Source of the DNA: Candidatus Latescibacterota bacterium
Lineage (GTDB): Bacteria; Latescibacterota; UBA2968; GCA-2709665
Assembly (NCBI GenBank): GCA_965116875.1
Contig: OZ220733.1
Location: 4,896,001 to 4,960,000, forward strand
Direction: 5' to 3'
Length of the DNA stretch: 64,000 nt
Below the pieces are notes generated by a model. The model saw only the letters and a list, made by a program, of their open reading frames with translations, was not told where the DNA came from and did no database searches. The translations under genes and the position numbers were made by a program. The stretch's first letter is position 1. Every line of letters begins with the position of its first letter. Below are positions 1 to 10,035 of this stretch, one piece after another.

Positions 1-1
1 C

Positions 2-1141
2 TGAACCCAGACTTTGCGTGATCGCGACCGCGTTTCCCTCCGCGTCCACCACGTCGAAGTGCGTTGTACACTCGTTCAACCAGTCCCCTGGCCGACCCGG
101 GGCGATTTCGTCCGGCAACCCGACCGCGGTATAGTACTCCCCGCGATTCACAGCGGCCCGGTCACCGATGAGGCGCCTGCGTTCATTCGCGTACGCTTTG
201 GAGAGCAATCCATCCAACGGCGCTTCCCGTGCCGCCGCGAATGCCACCCGATCCGCATTGCCCAGTTTCAGAACCTCAATAAAAAGGTGCAGCGCTTCCT
301 CCGAAAGGTGGCCCAGATCCTCGAGGTGGTAACCTTCGAGCATGTTCAGGGCCTGAAGAATGTGAAAACCGGCGCTGGGGAGCGGCGGGCAGAACACGTG
401 GAATTCGCGATAGGACGTTGAAACGGCATCTGACCATTCAACCTCGAAATCCGAGAGGTCTCTGCGGGAAAGGAGCCCTCCCCCGGCCTGCACGTAATCC
501 GCAATTTCAGATGCGAGGTCGCCGTGGTAAAAGGCCTCGGCGCCGCCTTCCACGACCCTGTGAAACGTCCGTGCGAGATCTCGCTGGATCAGGACGTCCC
601 CGGGTTGGGGCGGCCGGCCGGAGCCCAGGAGCACCCGGGTTCCCGTAGGCCGCATTCGAGGCAAGGCATCCTTTATGAAACCGGAATTCTTCACGGTGGC
701 CGGGAAACCGTTTTCGGCAAGTTCAATTGCAGGCGCGAACACCGTTGCCCGGTCCATTGTGCCGTATCTGTCCAGAAGCTCGAGCCATCCGCCGCAGGCG
801 CCGGGAACCAGGCACGACTTCACCCCGCCGTCCTGATCGTGCGACGTACCGAAGGACTCCGGGGTGGCGTCGTGCGGGGTACGCCCGCAATAATCCAATA
901 CACGCACGCGGTCTTCCGCGGCGGAATAGACCAGCGCATATCCCACACCCGCAATGCCGGACATATAAGGCTCGACGACATTCAGCGCCGCCGCGACGGC
1001 AACCGCGGCGTCGAATGCATTGCCCTGCTCGAGCAGCATCCGGACGCCGGCGAGGCTTGCAAGCGGATGTCCGCTGGCAACCATTCCCCGGACGCCGGTT
1101 ACCGTGGAACGATGCACCGTTCCAAGAGAAGAAAAAGCCAT
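2..1141 (-). CDS. ggt: Gamma-glutamyltransferase family protein (partial, runs off the left edge)
   Basis: Not in the ORF track because no stop lies in the window. Manual translation from ATG at 1141 gives MAFSSLGTVHRSTVTGVRGMVASGHPLASLAGVRMLLEQGNAFDAAVAVAAALNVVEPYMSGIAG. The same frame at 73..2 reads ECTTHFDVVDAEGNAVAITQSLGS, the autoprocessing Thr motif. Confidence 0.93.
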   Translation of the reverse strand, partial: MAFSSLGTVHRSTVTGVRGMVASGHPLASLAGVRMLLEQGNAFDAAVAVAAALNVVEPYMSGIAGVGYALVYSAAEDRVRVLDYCGRTPHDATPESFGTSHDQDGGVKSCLVPGACGGWLELLDRYGTMDRATVFAPAIELAENGFPATVKNSGFIKDALPRMRPTGTRVLLGSGRPPQPGDVLIQRDLARTFHRVVEGGAEAFYHGDLASEIADYVQAGGGLLSRRDLSDFEVEWSDAVSTSYREFHVFCPPLPSAGFHILQALNMLEGYHLEDLGHLSEEALHLFIEVLKLGNADRVAFAAAREAPLDGLLSKAYANERRRLIGDRAAVNRGEYYTAVGLPDEIAPGRPGDWLNECTTHFDVVDAEGNAVAITQSLGS

Positions 1142-1321
1142 AATCAGGATTCCTTGCCGACAGGTCCCTTCGGAACAGGACCGGCGAAGAGACCAGCACA
1201 ACGTACATACTGAATCTCGTAACGGAAATGAAGCATTGAGGACACGACGGGAAACCCGCAAGACTTCCGGAGCCCGATGGGGGCGTCGGAACCGGCGCCT
1301 CAACAACTGTCGGGCAAGCGG

Positions 1322-1350
1322 AAGATAGTCCATGGGGGGCTGCAAGTCAA
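1322..1350 (-). promoter_or_regulatory. Putative sigma70 promoter for ggt
   Basis: TTGACT-17 nt-TATCTT on the minus strand. Confidence 0.55.
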
Positions 1351-1491
1351 TGTCCGTCTCCCGAGCCCGCCGGGGTTCGTCCACCACGTTTCTGCTTGAC
1401 AAAGCAGGCTTGCCGTCGCTTTTTATACGTTTCCCGCATGACTGCCACCAACCTGATTCCCGCGCGAATCATGTAATTCGACAGACTTGAC

Positions 1492-2520
1492 ATGAATCGT
1501 GATCTGCCACTGATACCAACAAGTGTGATCGGAAGCTACGCGTTGCCGGGCTGGTTCCATACGGCAGTGGATCAGATCGACAGGGACGAGTACGGCCCCA
1601 CCGACGTACGCGAAGCCTTCGACGACGCCGTCCACCTGGCCATACTGGATCAGACAAGAGCCGGTGTGGATCTGATATCGGACGGCGAAATGCGACGCTG
1701 GTATTTCGTTCAGAGCTTCTACCGCCGTTTCAAGGGACTTGCGGCACGCCCGACACTCCGGCGCACGGGTGTTTACGGCTACGACAGCGTCCCTCGCTGG
1801 TGGCCGGAAGAACGCATCCAGGTGCCCGACGGGCTGGGTATCGTGGAGGAGTTTCAATTCGCCAGGTCCGTCACCGATCATCCCCTGAAGGCCACCTGTC
1901 CCGGTCCGCTGACGCTTACCATACACATCCAGCTCAAGGACGAGCGGGTATACAGGGACCGGATCGAACTCGCGTACGAGTTTGCCGGCGTTGTCAACCG
2001 TGAACTGAAACGCCTCGTCGCGGCGGGGGCCGAATTCATCCAGCTGGACGAACCCTCGTTTTCAATCATACCCGGAGACGCCCGCAGCTGGGTCGACCTG
2101 TTCAACGAGACCGTAAAGGGCGTTAACGCCAGAATCGGCCTGCATATCTGTTTTGGGAACCTTGGCAGCCGCCCGCGAGGCAAACGCAGGTACAGCTGGA
2201 TGGTGGACGAAATCCTGCGGGCGGACGCGCATCAGATCTCGATGGAGTTCGCGAATCGCGAACTCGTGGAACTGGAACTCTGCGGTGAGATTGCGAGAGA
2301 AAAAGAGGTCGCGGCAGGCCTGGTCGACGTGAAATCATTCTACGTGGAAACGCCCGAGGACGTCGCCGAACGTGTACGCCTGACGCTGCAACACGTCCCG
2401 CCGGAAAAACTGACCGTCACGCCCGACTGCGGATTCTTTCAGCTGCCACGGTGGCTGGCATTCCAGAAACTCAGGAATATGGTCAGTGGCGTGGAAATCG
2501 TCCGCGGCGAGCTGTCGTGA
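1492..2520 (+). CDS. Short single-barrel cobalamin-independent methionine synthase-like protein (MetE C-terminal domain family)
   Basis: 342 aa; TSVIGSY, DLISDGEMRR, IQLDEP, Zn ligands LHICFGN / MEFA / TPDCG. Confidence 0.88.
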   Translation: MNRDLPLIPTSVIGSYALPGWFHTAVDQIDRDEYGPTDVREAFDDAVHLAILDQTRAGVDLISDGEMRRWYFVQSFYRRFKGLAARPTLRRTGVYGYDSVPRWWPEERIQVPDGLGIVEEFQFARSVTDHPLKATCPGPLTLTIHIQLKDERVYRDRIELAYEFAGVVNRELKRLVAAGAEFIQLDEPSFSIIPGDARSWVDLFNETVKGVNARIGLHICFGNLGSRPRGKRRYSWMVDEILRADAHQISMEFANRELVELELCGEIAREKEVAAGLVDVKSFYVETPEDVAERVRLTLQHVPPEKLTVTPDCGFFQLPRWLAFQKLRNMVSGVEIVRGELS

Positions 2521-2627
2521 ATCGCATCCGAAATCCGGATCCCGCAATACGGGGTGCCTGATCAGGACGAAGCCGGTACCCTTCCCGTTGCCGATCCCCC
2601 GGGCGCGGGTATGTTGAGGAGTGGAAC

Positions 2628-3752
2628 ATGGATGTAGTTGAAATCACCGCAGACCTGGTTTCTTACAATTCAGCGTCTCAATTCAGCAATACGCCGGTAT
2701 CCCGGGCTGTTGCCAAATGGCTTCAAAAGGCGGGCATGTCGGTGGAACTGGTCCATTACAAGGACCCCGCCGGAACGCAAAAGACAAACGTAATAGGGAA
2801 AAAGGGAAACGGAACCGGAGGCATCGCCCTGCTCGCGCACTCCGACGTCGTACCGGCCGAGGGATGGTCTTCGGATCCCTTCACGCTTTCAGCCAGACAC
2901 GACAGGCTCTACGGACGAGGCAGCGCGGACATGAAGGGTTCCGTAGCGTGCATGATCGTGGCCGCGAACGCCTTCTCCGGCAAGGAACTCAAGGCGCCCG
3001 TCTACGTAATCGTCACCGCGGATGAGGAAACGGACTGCGGCGGCGCGAAAACCGTTGCAGCGAAATCGAAGATCTTCACATCGTCCGACATCCGGTACGG
3101 AATCGTCGGCGAACCCACGCTTCTCGACGTTGTTTATGCGCACAAGGGCTCGCTCAAATTCGAAGCGACCGCAACGGGCAAAGCGGCGCACAGCAGCACC
3201 GGCAAAGGGACGAACGCCAATCACAAACTCATTCCGTTCCTGAACGACATCGTTAAACTGGACGGGATGTTGCGAACCGATGCCCGATATCGGAATGAGG
3301 CGTTCGATCCTCCGCATGCAACCCTCAATATTGTACTTTCCGACGGCGATACGGCCGCGAACGTTACGGCGCCCGTCAGCCGCGCCACGATAAACTGTCG
3401 GCCGATGCCGGAACAGAACTGGAAACCGGTGATCAATCGCATGCTACGCCTGGCGGACAAACACGGCGTCCGGATTGAAGTACCGAAGATTCTCGATCCG
3501 CTCAGCACGAGTACGGATTCGCCGATCGTCCGGGAAGCGCTTCAGGTAAGCGGCAGACGGAAACCCAGGACCGTCGCATACGGGACGGATGGCATGGTAT
3601 TTGGAAAGACGATGGAACTCGTTGTCATGGGGCCCGGGGATATCCAGCAGGCGCACACCGTGGACGAATGGATCGCGCGGGACGAGCTCCTCAAGGGTTC
3701 CGATGTCTTTACAAAAATGGTACATCGATTCTGCATCGAAAATCCGGTCTGA
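2628..3752 (+). CDS. argE: Acetylornithine deacetylase / M20 metallopeptidase
   Basis: HSDVVP, LYGRGSADMKG, TADEE, VGEPT, AHSS, YGTDG, QAHTVDEWI motifs; GAGGAG RBS. Confidence 0.85.
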   Translation: MDVVEITADLVSYNSASQFSNTPVSRAVAKWLQKAGMSVELVHYKDPAGTQKTNVIGKKGNGTGGIALLAHSDVVPAEGWSSDPFTLSARHDRLYGRGSADMKGSVACMIVAANAFSGKELKAPVYVIVTADEETDCGGAKTVAAKSKIFTSSDIRYGIVGEPTLLDVVYAHKGSLKFEATATGKAAHSSTGKGTNANHKLIPFLNDIVKLDGMLRTDARYRNEAFDPPHATLNIVLSDGDTAANVTAPVSRATINCRPMPEQNWKPVINRMLRLADKHGVRIEVPKILDPLSTSTDSPIVREALQVSGRRKPRTVAYGTDGMVFGKTMELVVMGPGDIQQAHTVDEWIARDELLKGSDVFTKMVHRFCIENPV

Positions 3753-3873
3753 ACTTCTTCACGTTTGAGGGACCGGCGGCCGGACGCGTCACTCATCTTG
3801 AAAAGAAAGCCATAAGACGAATCTTCAAAGGAGCCGGGACGGTTTCTCCCGACCAAGGCGAGGAGGATACCGG

Positions 3874-4434
3874 ATGTTCAAAACCCTGACCCGCGCACTG
3901 CTCGTGGGATCGGTGGTATCGCTGATCACGGGTTGCGCCGACGAAACACAACACCAGATTGCATTTCGAGGCAAATGGCGCCTGGAATCGAGGCAGACGC
4001 CGGACGGAAAGATTCTGCAGCCGCCTGCCGTGAGTGGTCACTATGAGTGGTACCCCACGGGATTGACCACGGCGCATGTCACGGCCTCAATCTCTCAGGG
4101 CGAGAATCAGATCCAGGTTTCAGGTTTCAACTACAGCTTTCAGTCTGAAGCGGTCGAATCGCAGTCCTTCACACGGCACGAATATTTGGACTTCGGCGGT
4201 GGCTACGGAACGTCACCTCAGGAAGTTCACATCGCGACCGGCAGAAACACAACCGGCAACATGGTCGTAAGCGGAAACCGCGTTTCCTTCGAAGATTCGG
4301 ACGGCGCAACCCAGGTGTACGAAGACATCAGCATCGCAGCAATCGATAGCGTCGTCTTCATCGTTACGTTCGAAGACGGTACCAAGGACACCTGGCGACG
4401 GTTTGCGGACCAGCTGGGGGTGCTGCCAAAGTAG
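3874..4434 (+). CDS. Hypothetical lipoprotein (beta-rich, lipocalin-like)
   Basis: GAGGAGGA RBS; signal peptide with lipobox LITG|C; G-x-W-x-L motif (GKWRLES) near the N-terminus and DTWRR near the C-terminus. Confidence 0.7.
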   Translation: MFKTLTRALLVGSVVSLITGCADETQHQIAFRGKWRLESRQTPDGKILQPPAVSGHYEWYPTGLTTAHVTASISQGENQIQVSGFNYSFQSEAVESQSFTRHEYLDFGGGYGTSPQEVHIATGRNTTGNMVVSGNRVSFEDSDGATQVYEDISIAAIDSVVFIVTFEDGTKDTWRRFADQLGVLPK

Positions 4435-4468
4435 AACCCGCGACGTGGCATGATCGTGTAGACACCGA

Positions 4469-4507
4469 AGGGGCGCGTACAGAGTGATCGCGCCCCTCGT
4501 GGTTTTC
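4469..4507 (+). terminator. Possible intrinsic terminator
   Basis: Inverted repeat AGGGGCGCG...CGCGCCCCT followed by a weak T run. Confidence 0.4.
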
Positions 4508-4523
4508 CGGGACAAAAAGAACG

Positions 4524-6065
4524 ATGAGCAGGATGTTATTGGGAAATATTCTTCAAAGGAATGCTCAGGATTCCTGCCTGATGCACAAGAAGGCCGTCAT
4601 CTTCGGCGGCCGTGAGCTGACATACGGCGACCTGAATGAGCAGTGCAACCGCGTTGCCAACGGCCTATTGGATCTTGGCGTCCGTAAAGGCGACCGAATC
4701 GGCGTCTTGAGTCGGAATTCCGACGTCTACGTGACCGTCTATTTCGCGCTGGCAAAACTTGGCGCCATTCTGGTTCCCGTCAACTTCTGGTACCGCAGCC
4801 GGGAAGTCCATTATACGCTTCAGCAGTCCGGCGCTCGAGGCCTGATCTTCCACCGCGTTTTTGCAGAGGTCGTTGCCGGCGTCGGCAGCCTGTCGAATCT
4901 GGAATGGACGCTGACGATCGGCGACCAAGACGGCAATCGTCTGGAGGACCTGGCGGCAGGGTCCCCGGCAGACGAACCTGGTGTGGAGCTCAACGAGAAC
5001 GACCCTCATGTCATCCTGTACACGAGTGGTACCACCGGGTTTCCCAAAGGCGCGGTTTTCTCGCACAGGAGCCATTTTCTTCATGCCCTCTCCCTGGCAC
5101 AATCGACCGGTGGGCACAGCGGCGACGTCGGCCTGGTCGTCTACCCGCTTTTTCACACTGGCGGTCCGGACTGTCTGGTACTCCCACACTGCATGGTGGG
5201 CGCCACCCTCGTCATCCTCGACGGTGCGGACCCCGGTGACATCCTGTCGGCCGTTGCGCTGCACCGGGCAACCAACATCTTCTGCGTGCCGACGGTCTGG
5301 CGCCGGCTTCTTGCACACCAGCGGCTTAGCAACCATGACGTAACTTCGGTCCGGCGCTGCCTGGGTTCGTCGGATACATTTCCCGCGGCGCTGCTCGAAG
5401 ACATTCTGGCGACGTTCGAGTCCGACGTTTACGTCACGTACGGACTCACCGAGGCCGGCTGCATCCTGACCGTGTGCCGTCTGACGTTGGGCGACCACGG
5501 CAAACTCGGCTCGGTGGGGCGACCCATGGCCTCGGTCGAGCTCGACGTTGTCGACTCGTCCGGTAAACCGGTTGCACCCGGCGAGGTGGGTGAAGTTGTC
5601 GCGAAAACCCCCTCTGTGATGCTTGAATACTGGGACATGCCTGAGAGAACCGGGGAGGCGCTGAAGGGAGGATGGCTGTACACCGGAGATCTGGGAAGAA
5701 TGGACAATGACGGCTATCTCTACCTGTCCGGCCGGTCAAGGGATATGATCATCAGCGGCGGGGAAAACATCTACCCGCTGGAAATCGAACGCCTCTTGAA
5801 GGAGAATCCGAAGATACGCGACGCCGCCGTGGTCGGCATCCCGGACAGTGAATGGGGCGAGTCCGTGCTGGCCGCCGTCGTGGCCAATGAAGGAGCAGAT
5901 CTCACAACCGGCGAGGTCTCCGATTACGTGCGCGCCCGCCTGGCGGGATTCAAAAAACCCAGATGGGTGGAAATTCTCCCGGAACTCCCCGTAACAACCG
6001 CAACGGGAAAGGTTCGGAAAGCCGCGTTGAGAGAACGGTTCCGGGCGAAATACGGTTCGGTGTGA
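4524..6065 (+). CDS. Acyl-CoA synthetase (AMP-forming, fatty-acid/aryl-CoA ligase family)
   Basis: YTSGTTGFPKG, YGLTE, GWLYTGDLG, SGGENIYPLEIE, TATGKV motifs. Confidence 0.92.
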   Translation: MSRMLLGNILQRNAQDSCLMHKKAVIFGGRELTYGDLNEQCNRVANGLLDLGVRKGDRIGVLSRNSDVYVTVYFALAKLGAILVPVNFWYRSREVHYTLQQSGARGLIFHRVFAEVVAGVGSLSNLEWTLTIGDQDGNRLEDLAAGSPADEPGVELNENDPHVILYTSGTTGFPKGAVFSHRSHFLHALSLAQSTGGHSGDVGLVVYPLFHTGGPDCLVLPHCMVGATLVILDGADPGDILSAVALHRATNIFCVPTVWRRLLAHQRLSNHDVTSVRRCLGSSDTFPAALLEDILATFESDVYVTYGLTEAGCILTVCRLTLGDHGKLGSVGRPMASVELDVVDSSGKPVAPGEVGEVVAKTPSVMLEYWDMPERTGEALKGGWLYTGDLGRMDNDGYLYLSGRSRDMIISGGENIYPLEIERLLKENPKIRDAAVVGIPDSEWGESVLAAVVANEGADLTTGEVSDYVRARLAGFKKPRWVEILPELPVTTATGKVRKAALRERFRAKYGSV

Positions 6066-6071
6066 CGGGAA

Positions 6072-6971
6072 TCATCCCTGAGATATCCTGGTACCGCTCA
6101 AGTGTTCAGCCGCTTTGCAAACCGCCGAAAAGTCCATTTCGCCCGCTCCCAGACCGCTCGCCGCCGAGTACATCTGGTACGTCGCCGCGCCGATCGGCAT
6201 CGGCACATTCAGCGCCTTGCCGAGATCCACGCCGATCGCCAGGTCCTTTTTCATCAGATCCAGCATGAATCCGGGTGCAAACGAGCCCGCCAGCAGGAAA
6301 TCCGACGCGCGGATCTGAAATAAGGTCGAGTTGGCCGAACTCACACTGATGACCTGACGCATGACTTCGGGGTCGGCACCCGCACGGATACCTAGGATCA
6401 GGCCTTCCGCGATTGCGGCCATGTTGATTCCGCCGATCAGCTGATTGACGATTTTCACGGTCTGCCCCACGCCCACGGGCCCAACGTGGAAGATATTCTC
6501 CTCCTTGCCCATTGCATGAAACAGCCCTTTGCACCGATCGAAATCGTCCGCCTCTCCGCCGGCGATGATCGTCAGCGTCCCGTTGATCGCCCCCGTGTCT
6601 CCCCCGCTCACGGGTGCATCCATCACGGCCACACCCTTCGCTTCCGCCACTTCCGCAATCTCACGGATCGTGAGCGGTGAGATCGTGCTCAAATCCACGA
6701 TCAGCTTTCCCTCGGATGCGCCCCGCAGGACGCCATGATCGCCGAGGACCACTTCCCGCACCTCCGGGTCCGCCGTTACGATTGTCATGATGATATCGGT
6801 GTGTTCCGCGACCTCGGCGGGGGATGCGACCGCCCTGGCGCCCATCCCCTCCATCTCCGCAATGACCTGGGGACGGCGCGCGTAGAACGTCAGGTCGTAC
6901 CCCGCCCTGATCAAGTTGATCGCCATTGGTTTGCCCATAATACCCAGACCGATAAACCCTACCTTCTCCAT
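6072..6971 (-). CDS. NAD(P)-dependent beta-hydroxyacid dehydrogenase (2-hydroxy-3-oxopropionate reductase / 3-hydroxyisobutyrate dehydrogenase family)
   Basis: GFIGLGIMG, DAPVSGG, catalytic K in TVKIVNQ, KDL motif. Confidence 0.92.
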   Translation of the reverse strand: MEKVGFIGLGIMGKPMAINLIRAGYDLTFYARRPQVIAEMEGMGARAVASPAEVAEHTDIIMTIVTADPEVREVVLGDHGVLRGASEGKLIVDLSTISPLTIREIAEVAEAKGVAVMDAPVSGGDTGAINGTLTIIAGGEADDFDRCKGLFHAMGKEENIFHVGPVGVGQTVKIVNQLIGGINMAAIAEGLILGIRAGADPEVMRQVISVSSANSTLFQIRASDFLLAGSFAPGFMLDLMKKDLAIGVDLGKALNVPMPIGAATYQMYSAASGLGAGEMDFSAVCKAAEHLSGTRISQG

Positions 6972-7077
6972 CGTTGTCTCCTCTCGTCAGATTCCGTCAG
7001 CCTTCATGGGATCGGGTGACCGCGTCCACTGAAGACCTCATTGCAACGGACAGGAACCCATCGGTGGCGTTTTCCCG

Positions 7078-8160
7078 TCAACGGTCTTCGATGCGGCGTG
7101 TCTGCAGAACCATCAACTGACCCACGGGGTTTTCAATCGACCCCAGCGGACGCTGTTTCTCCCTCGACCAGATGTCGTTTGCCGTAATGTACAGGTGCCC
7201 GTCCGCCACTTTGTTATAACACAGTTGGGGGTATCGCGATTGAGGTACGTCGGGAACCAGCAGATCGAACGAATCACTTTCCGGGTGATAGGCGATAAAG
7301 CGGTCCATAAAGTGATAGGGCAATCCGTCCACGCCTCTGTAAGGATCCTCTTTCAGCTGGATATAATTCCCGGTCTTCTCGTCGTACCGGAATCCCGAAT
7401 CGTACGTGCTCAGGTTGTTCAATTGCCATCCCCGATAGAAAACGCCGCCGCCGATGAATCCGAAATCCTCCTTCCATCCCGGCACATCCCGCTCATACGA
7501 CTCTCCCGTCAGACGGTCCAGCCGGAAGAGCCGGCCCTCCTTGTAGTTCACGACAAACCGCTGAGCACGCGCTCCCGGGCGCGACGGCGGCGTGGGATGC
7601 GAATCTTCCGCCACGAATCCACGCGTATCGGGATCGTAATACACACGGCGCTGCAGGCCGTTGTTTCGAGGAACGGTAAAAATCTCCAGCCGTTCCGGCC
7701 AATCGATCTCCCCTATGTCCGGCAGCGCGCCAGGCTCCGGAAATTCAAGGACCTCGCCCTGTTCCGTCTCAACGTCCCAAATGACGAGACACGGCCTCGA
7801 CCGCTCAGGCAGGTAAAGTACGTTTCGCGCCTTATCCGCGTGACCATACCAGAGGTTCGCCTCCGGAAACGGCTTGTCGACCTGGTACACACGTTCCGCC
7901 GCGGCTTCGAATACCGTGAGTTTCTCGTTTGTCTGCGGCAGCACGTAGACCTTCCCTCCGGCGCAGAGGCACTGACTCCCCCCATGTTTTTCGGGGATTG
8001 AAATCGTGTCGATCTTTCCCGAATCCGGCTGGTATCTGTGGAGCGCCGGCAGACTGCCGGTAAACCAGAGTGCGCCGGATTCGTCGTCATCCATCCCGTA
8101 AACACGTGTATTCTCCGCATCGACCCAGACCGGATACATCCTCGGCAGTTCAGGCATCAC
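7078..8160 (-). CDS. Hypothetical protein, probable beta-propeller
   Basis: 360 aa with AAGGG RBS; repeated blade-like segments (GALWFTG, GGKVYVLP, RNVLYLP, DGHLYITA); no signal peptide. Confidence 0.65.
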   Translation of the reverse strand: MMPELPRMYPVWVDAENTRVYGMDDDESGALWFTGSLPALHRYQPDSGKIDTISIPEKHGGSQCLCAGGKVYVLPQTNEKLTVFEAAAERVYQVDKPFPEANLWYGHADKARNVLYLPERSRPCLVIWDVETEQGEVLEFPEPGALPDIGEIDWPERLEIFTVPRNNGLQRRVYYDPDTRGFVAEDSHPTPPSRPGARAQRFVVNYKEGRLFRLDRLTGESYERDVPGWKEDFGFIGGGVFYRGWQLNNLSTYDSGFRYDEKTGNYIQLKEDPYRGVDGLPYHFMDRFIAYHPESDSFDLLVPDVPQSRYPQLCYNKVADGHLYITANDIWSREKQRPLGSIENPVGQLMVLQTRRIEDR

Positions 8161-8275
8161 TTTCCCTTATCCAACGAATCGTGTGGACCGGTCACTCGCG
8201 GACGCCCCCCCGCTCGCCAGACCGGCGAACGAGACGGCTTCAACTTTGCGAAAATGCCAATGCCATTGATTCAAC

Positions 8276-8303
8276 TTGACTTTCGTCTATTAGTAGGTAC
8301 CAT
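8276..8303 (+). promoter_or_regulatory. Putative sigma70 promoter for the FGGY kinase
   Basis: TTGACT-16 nt-TACCAT. Confidence 0.45.
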
Positions 8304-8407
8304 TGGGCCGCCTGTCAACGTATTTTCCATACCGCAATCGTGGCGGTCTCGCGTACGCCGACCGGAAAACCGACGCCATCCGGTCCAATGCCGCACAATT
8401 CAATGAC

Positions 8408-9940
8408 ATGTCCCGACATCCTTTGCTGGCTGGCATCGACGTAGGCACAACGAATATCAAGGCGCTTGTCTTCGATACGGCCGGCCGCGTTCAGGCCTCC
8501 GCGAGCGTGCCGACGCCAACCCATTACCCCCGACCCGGCTGGGCGTATCATACACCGGATGAATTGTGGACAAGCACGCTGACCGTGTTACGGGACGCGG
8601 TTTCGCAACTGAACGTGGCCGACGCGGTCTCGAGTATTGCCGTTTCAAGTATGGCCGAGTCCGGCGTACCCCTCGACGCGGGTGACCGCCCCACCGCCGG
8701 CATCATCGCCTGGTTCGACGGGAGGACGTCAAGCCAGGCCGCGTGGCTGAACAAGACCGTCGGCGAAGAGCGGATCTACGCCATTACCGGGCTGTCGCTG
8801 AAGCCCATTTTCGGTCTTTGCAAGGTACTCTGGCTGAAAGAAAACGACCCGGAGGCTTTCGCGAGAACGGCCTCGTGGCTGAACGTCGCAGACTATATCG
8901 CGTTCCGCCTGTGCGGCGAGAAGGCAACGGACTATTCTCTCGCATCACGGACGCTCGTCTTTGACCTTCACCGGCGGGCCTGGCATCCCGGCCTGCTGGA
9001 TGAAACGGGGGTTTCACCCGGACTCTTTGCGGAGGCATTGCCATCCGGCACGCTGCTTGGCCGAATCCTGCCCGACGTTGCACGGGCGGCCGGCCTTCCG
9101 TCCCGCGTGCAGGTGACAACCGGCGGACACGATCACATATGCGGGGCGCTTGCCGCGGGCGCCACGGAACCGGATACGCTGCTGAATTCCCTCGGCACAG
9201 CGGAAGCGGTCTGCATAACCGGCCGTCGGGCGTGGCTCAGCGACGAGTTTGCGCGGCAGGGGTATACCACGGGCGCCCACGTCGCACGGGACCGGTACTA
9301 TATTCTGGGAAGCATCTACACCTCCGGGGCATGTGTTGTGTGGGTCCGAAACCTTCTAGGTATTGACGTTGGATACGAAACACTGATATCCGAAGCCGAA
9401 CTGGCCCCGACCGGAAGCCTGGGCGTCCACTTCCAGCCTCACCTCCGCCTTGGCAATCCTCCGAACAACGACCCGGAATCGAGAGCCGCGTTTATCGGTC
9501 TCAATGCCGATGTAACCCGCGGGACCCTGTTTCGGTCCGTGCTGGAAGGATTGGCCTACGAGTGCCGTCTCTGCCTCGAAGCCATCGTGTCCCACCCCGG
9601 GATCGACAGACCGAAACGAACCGTAGCCATCGGCGGGAACACCCGCAACCGGCTTCTCATGCAAATCAAGAGCTCGGTATTCAACCAGAGGATCTCGATT
9701 GCGGACGTGGAGGAATCCGTCGCCCTGGGCGCCGCGGTACTGGGCGGCCTGGGCGCAGGCGTTTATGAAAACATCGACTCCGCGCTGAACGAATTGACCT
9801 ACGACAGCTGGACGATAGAACCGAACGCCGAACAGGTCGAGATCTACGAAACCGGATTTCAGACCGTCTACCGCGGAATATACCCCGCGCTTCAATCCCT
9901 GCACCATAGATTGGGAGATATCCGGAATACGAACCGGTAG
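8408..9940 (+). CDS. FGGY-family carbohydrate kinase (xylulo/fuculo/rhamnulokinase-like)
   Basis: GIDVGTTNIK, IAWFDGR, TDYSLASRT, GGHDH, SLGTAE, IGGNTRN; start moved to ATG 8408. Confidence 0.9.
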   Translation: MSRHPLLAGIDVGTTNIKALVFDTAGRVQASASVPTPTHYPRPGWAYHTPDELWTSTLTVLRDAVSQLNVADAVSSIAVSSMAESGVPLDAGDRPTAGIIAWFDGRTSSQAAWLNKTVGEERIYAITGLSLKPIFGLCKVLWLKENDPEAFARTASWLNVADYIAFRLCGEKATDYSLASRTLVFDLHRRAWHPGLLDETGVSPGLFAEALPSGTLLGRILPDVARAAGLPSRVQVTTGGHDHICGALAAGATEPDTLLNSLGTAEAVCITGRRAWLSDEFARQGYTTGAHVARDRYYILGSIYTSGACVVWVRNLLGIDVGYETLISEAELAPTGSLGVHFQPHLRLGNPPNNDPESRAAFIGLNADVTRGTLFRSVLEGLAYECRLCLEAIVSHPGIDRPKRTVAIGGNTRNRLLMQIKSSVFNQRISIADVEESVALGAAVLGGLGAGVYENIDSALNELTYDSWTIEPNAEQVEIYETGFQTVYRGIYPALQSLHHRLGDIRNTNR

Positions 9941-10035
9941 GTCTGTCCCCGATTCAAACTGCGTACCTCAGTGCGGCGGGTCGCCCGCCTGGCGTGAATT
10001 TCTGAAAATACTGGATTTTTTTAAAGGGAGTCTCC

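Noticed and set aside
524-1213. 229 aa plus-strand ORF and other short ORFs at the left edge
   Set aside because: Antisense shadows of the ggt gene, which has clear family motifs on the minus strand
1351-1491. SAM or cobalamin riboswitch upstream of the MetE-like gene
   Set aside because: The leader is short and I see no SAM-I or B12-box consensus
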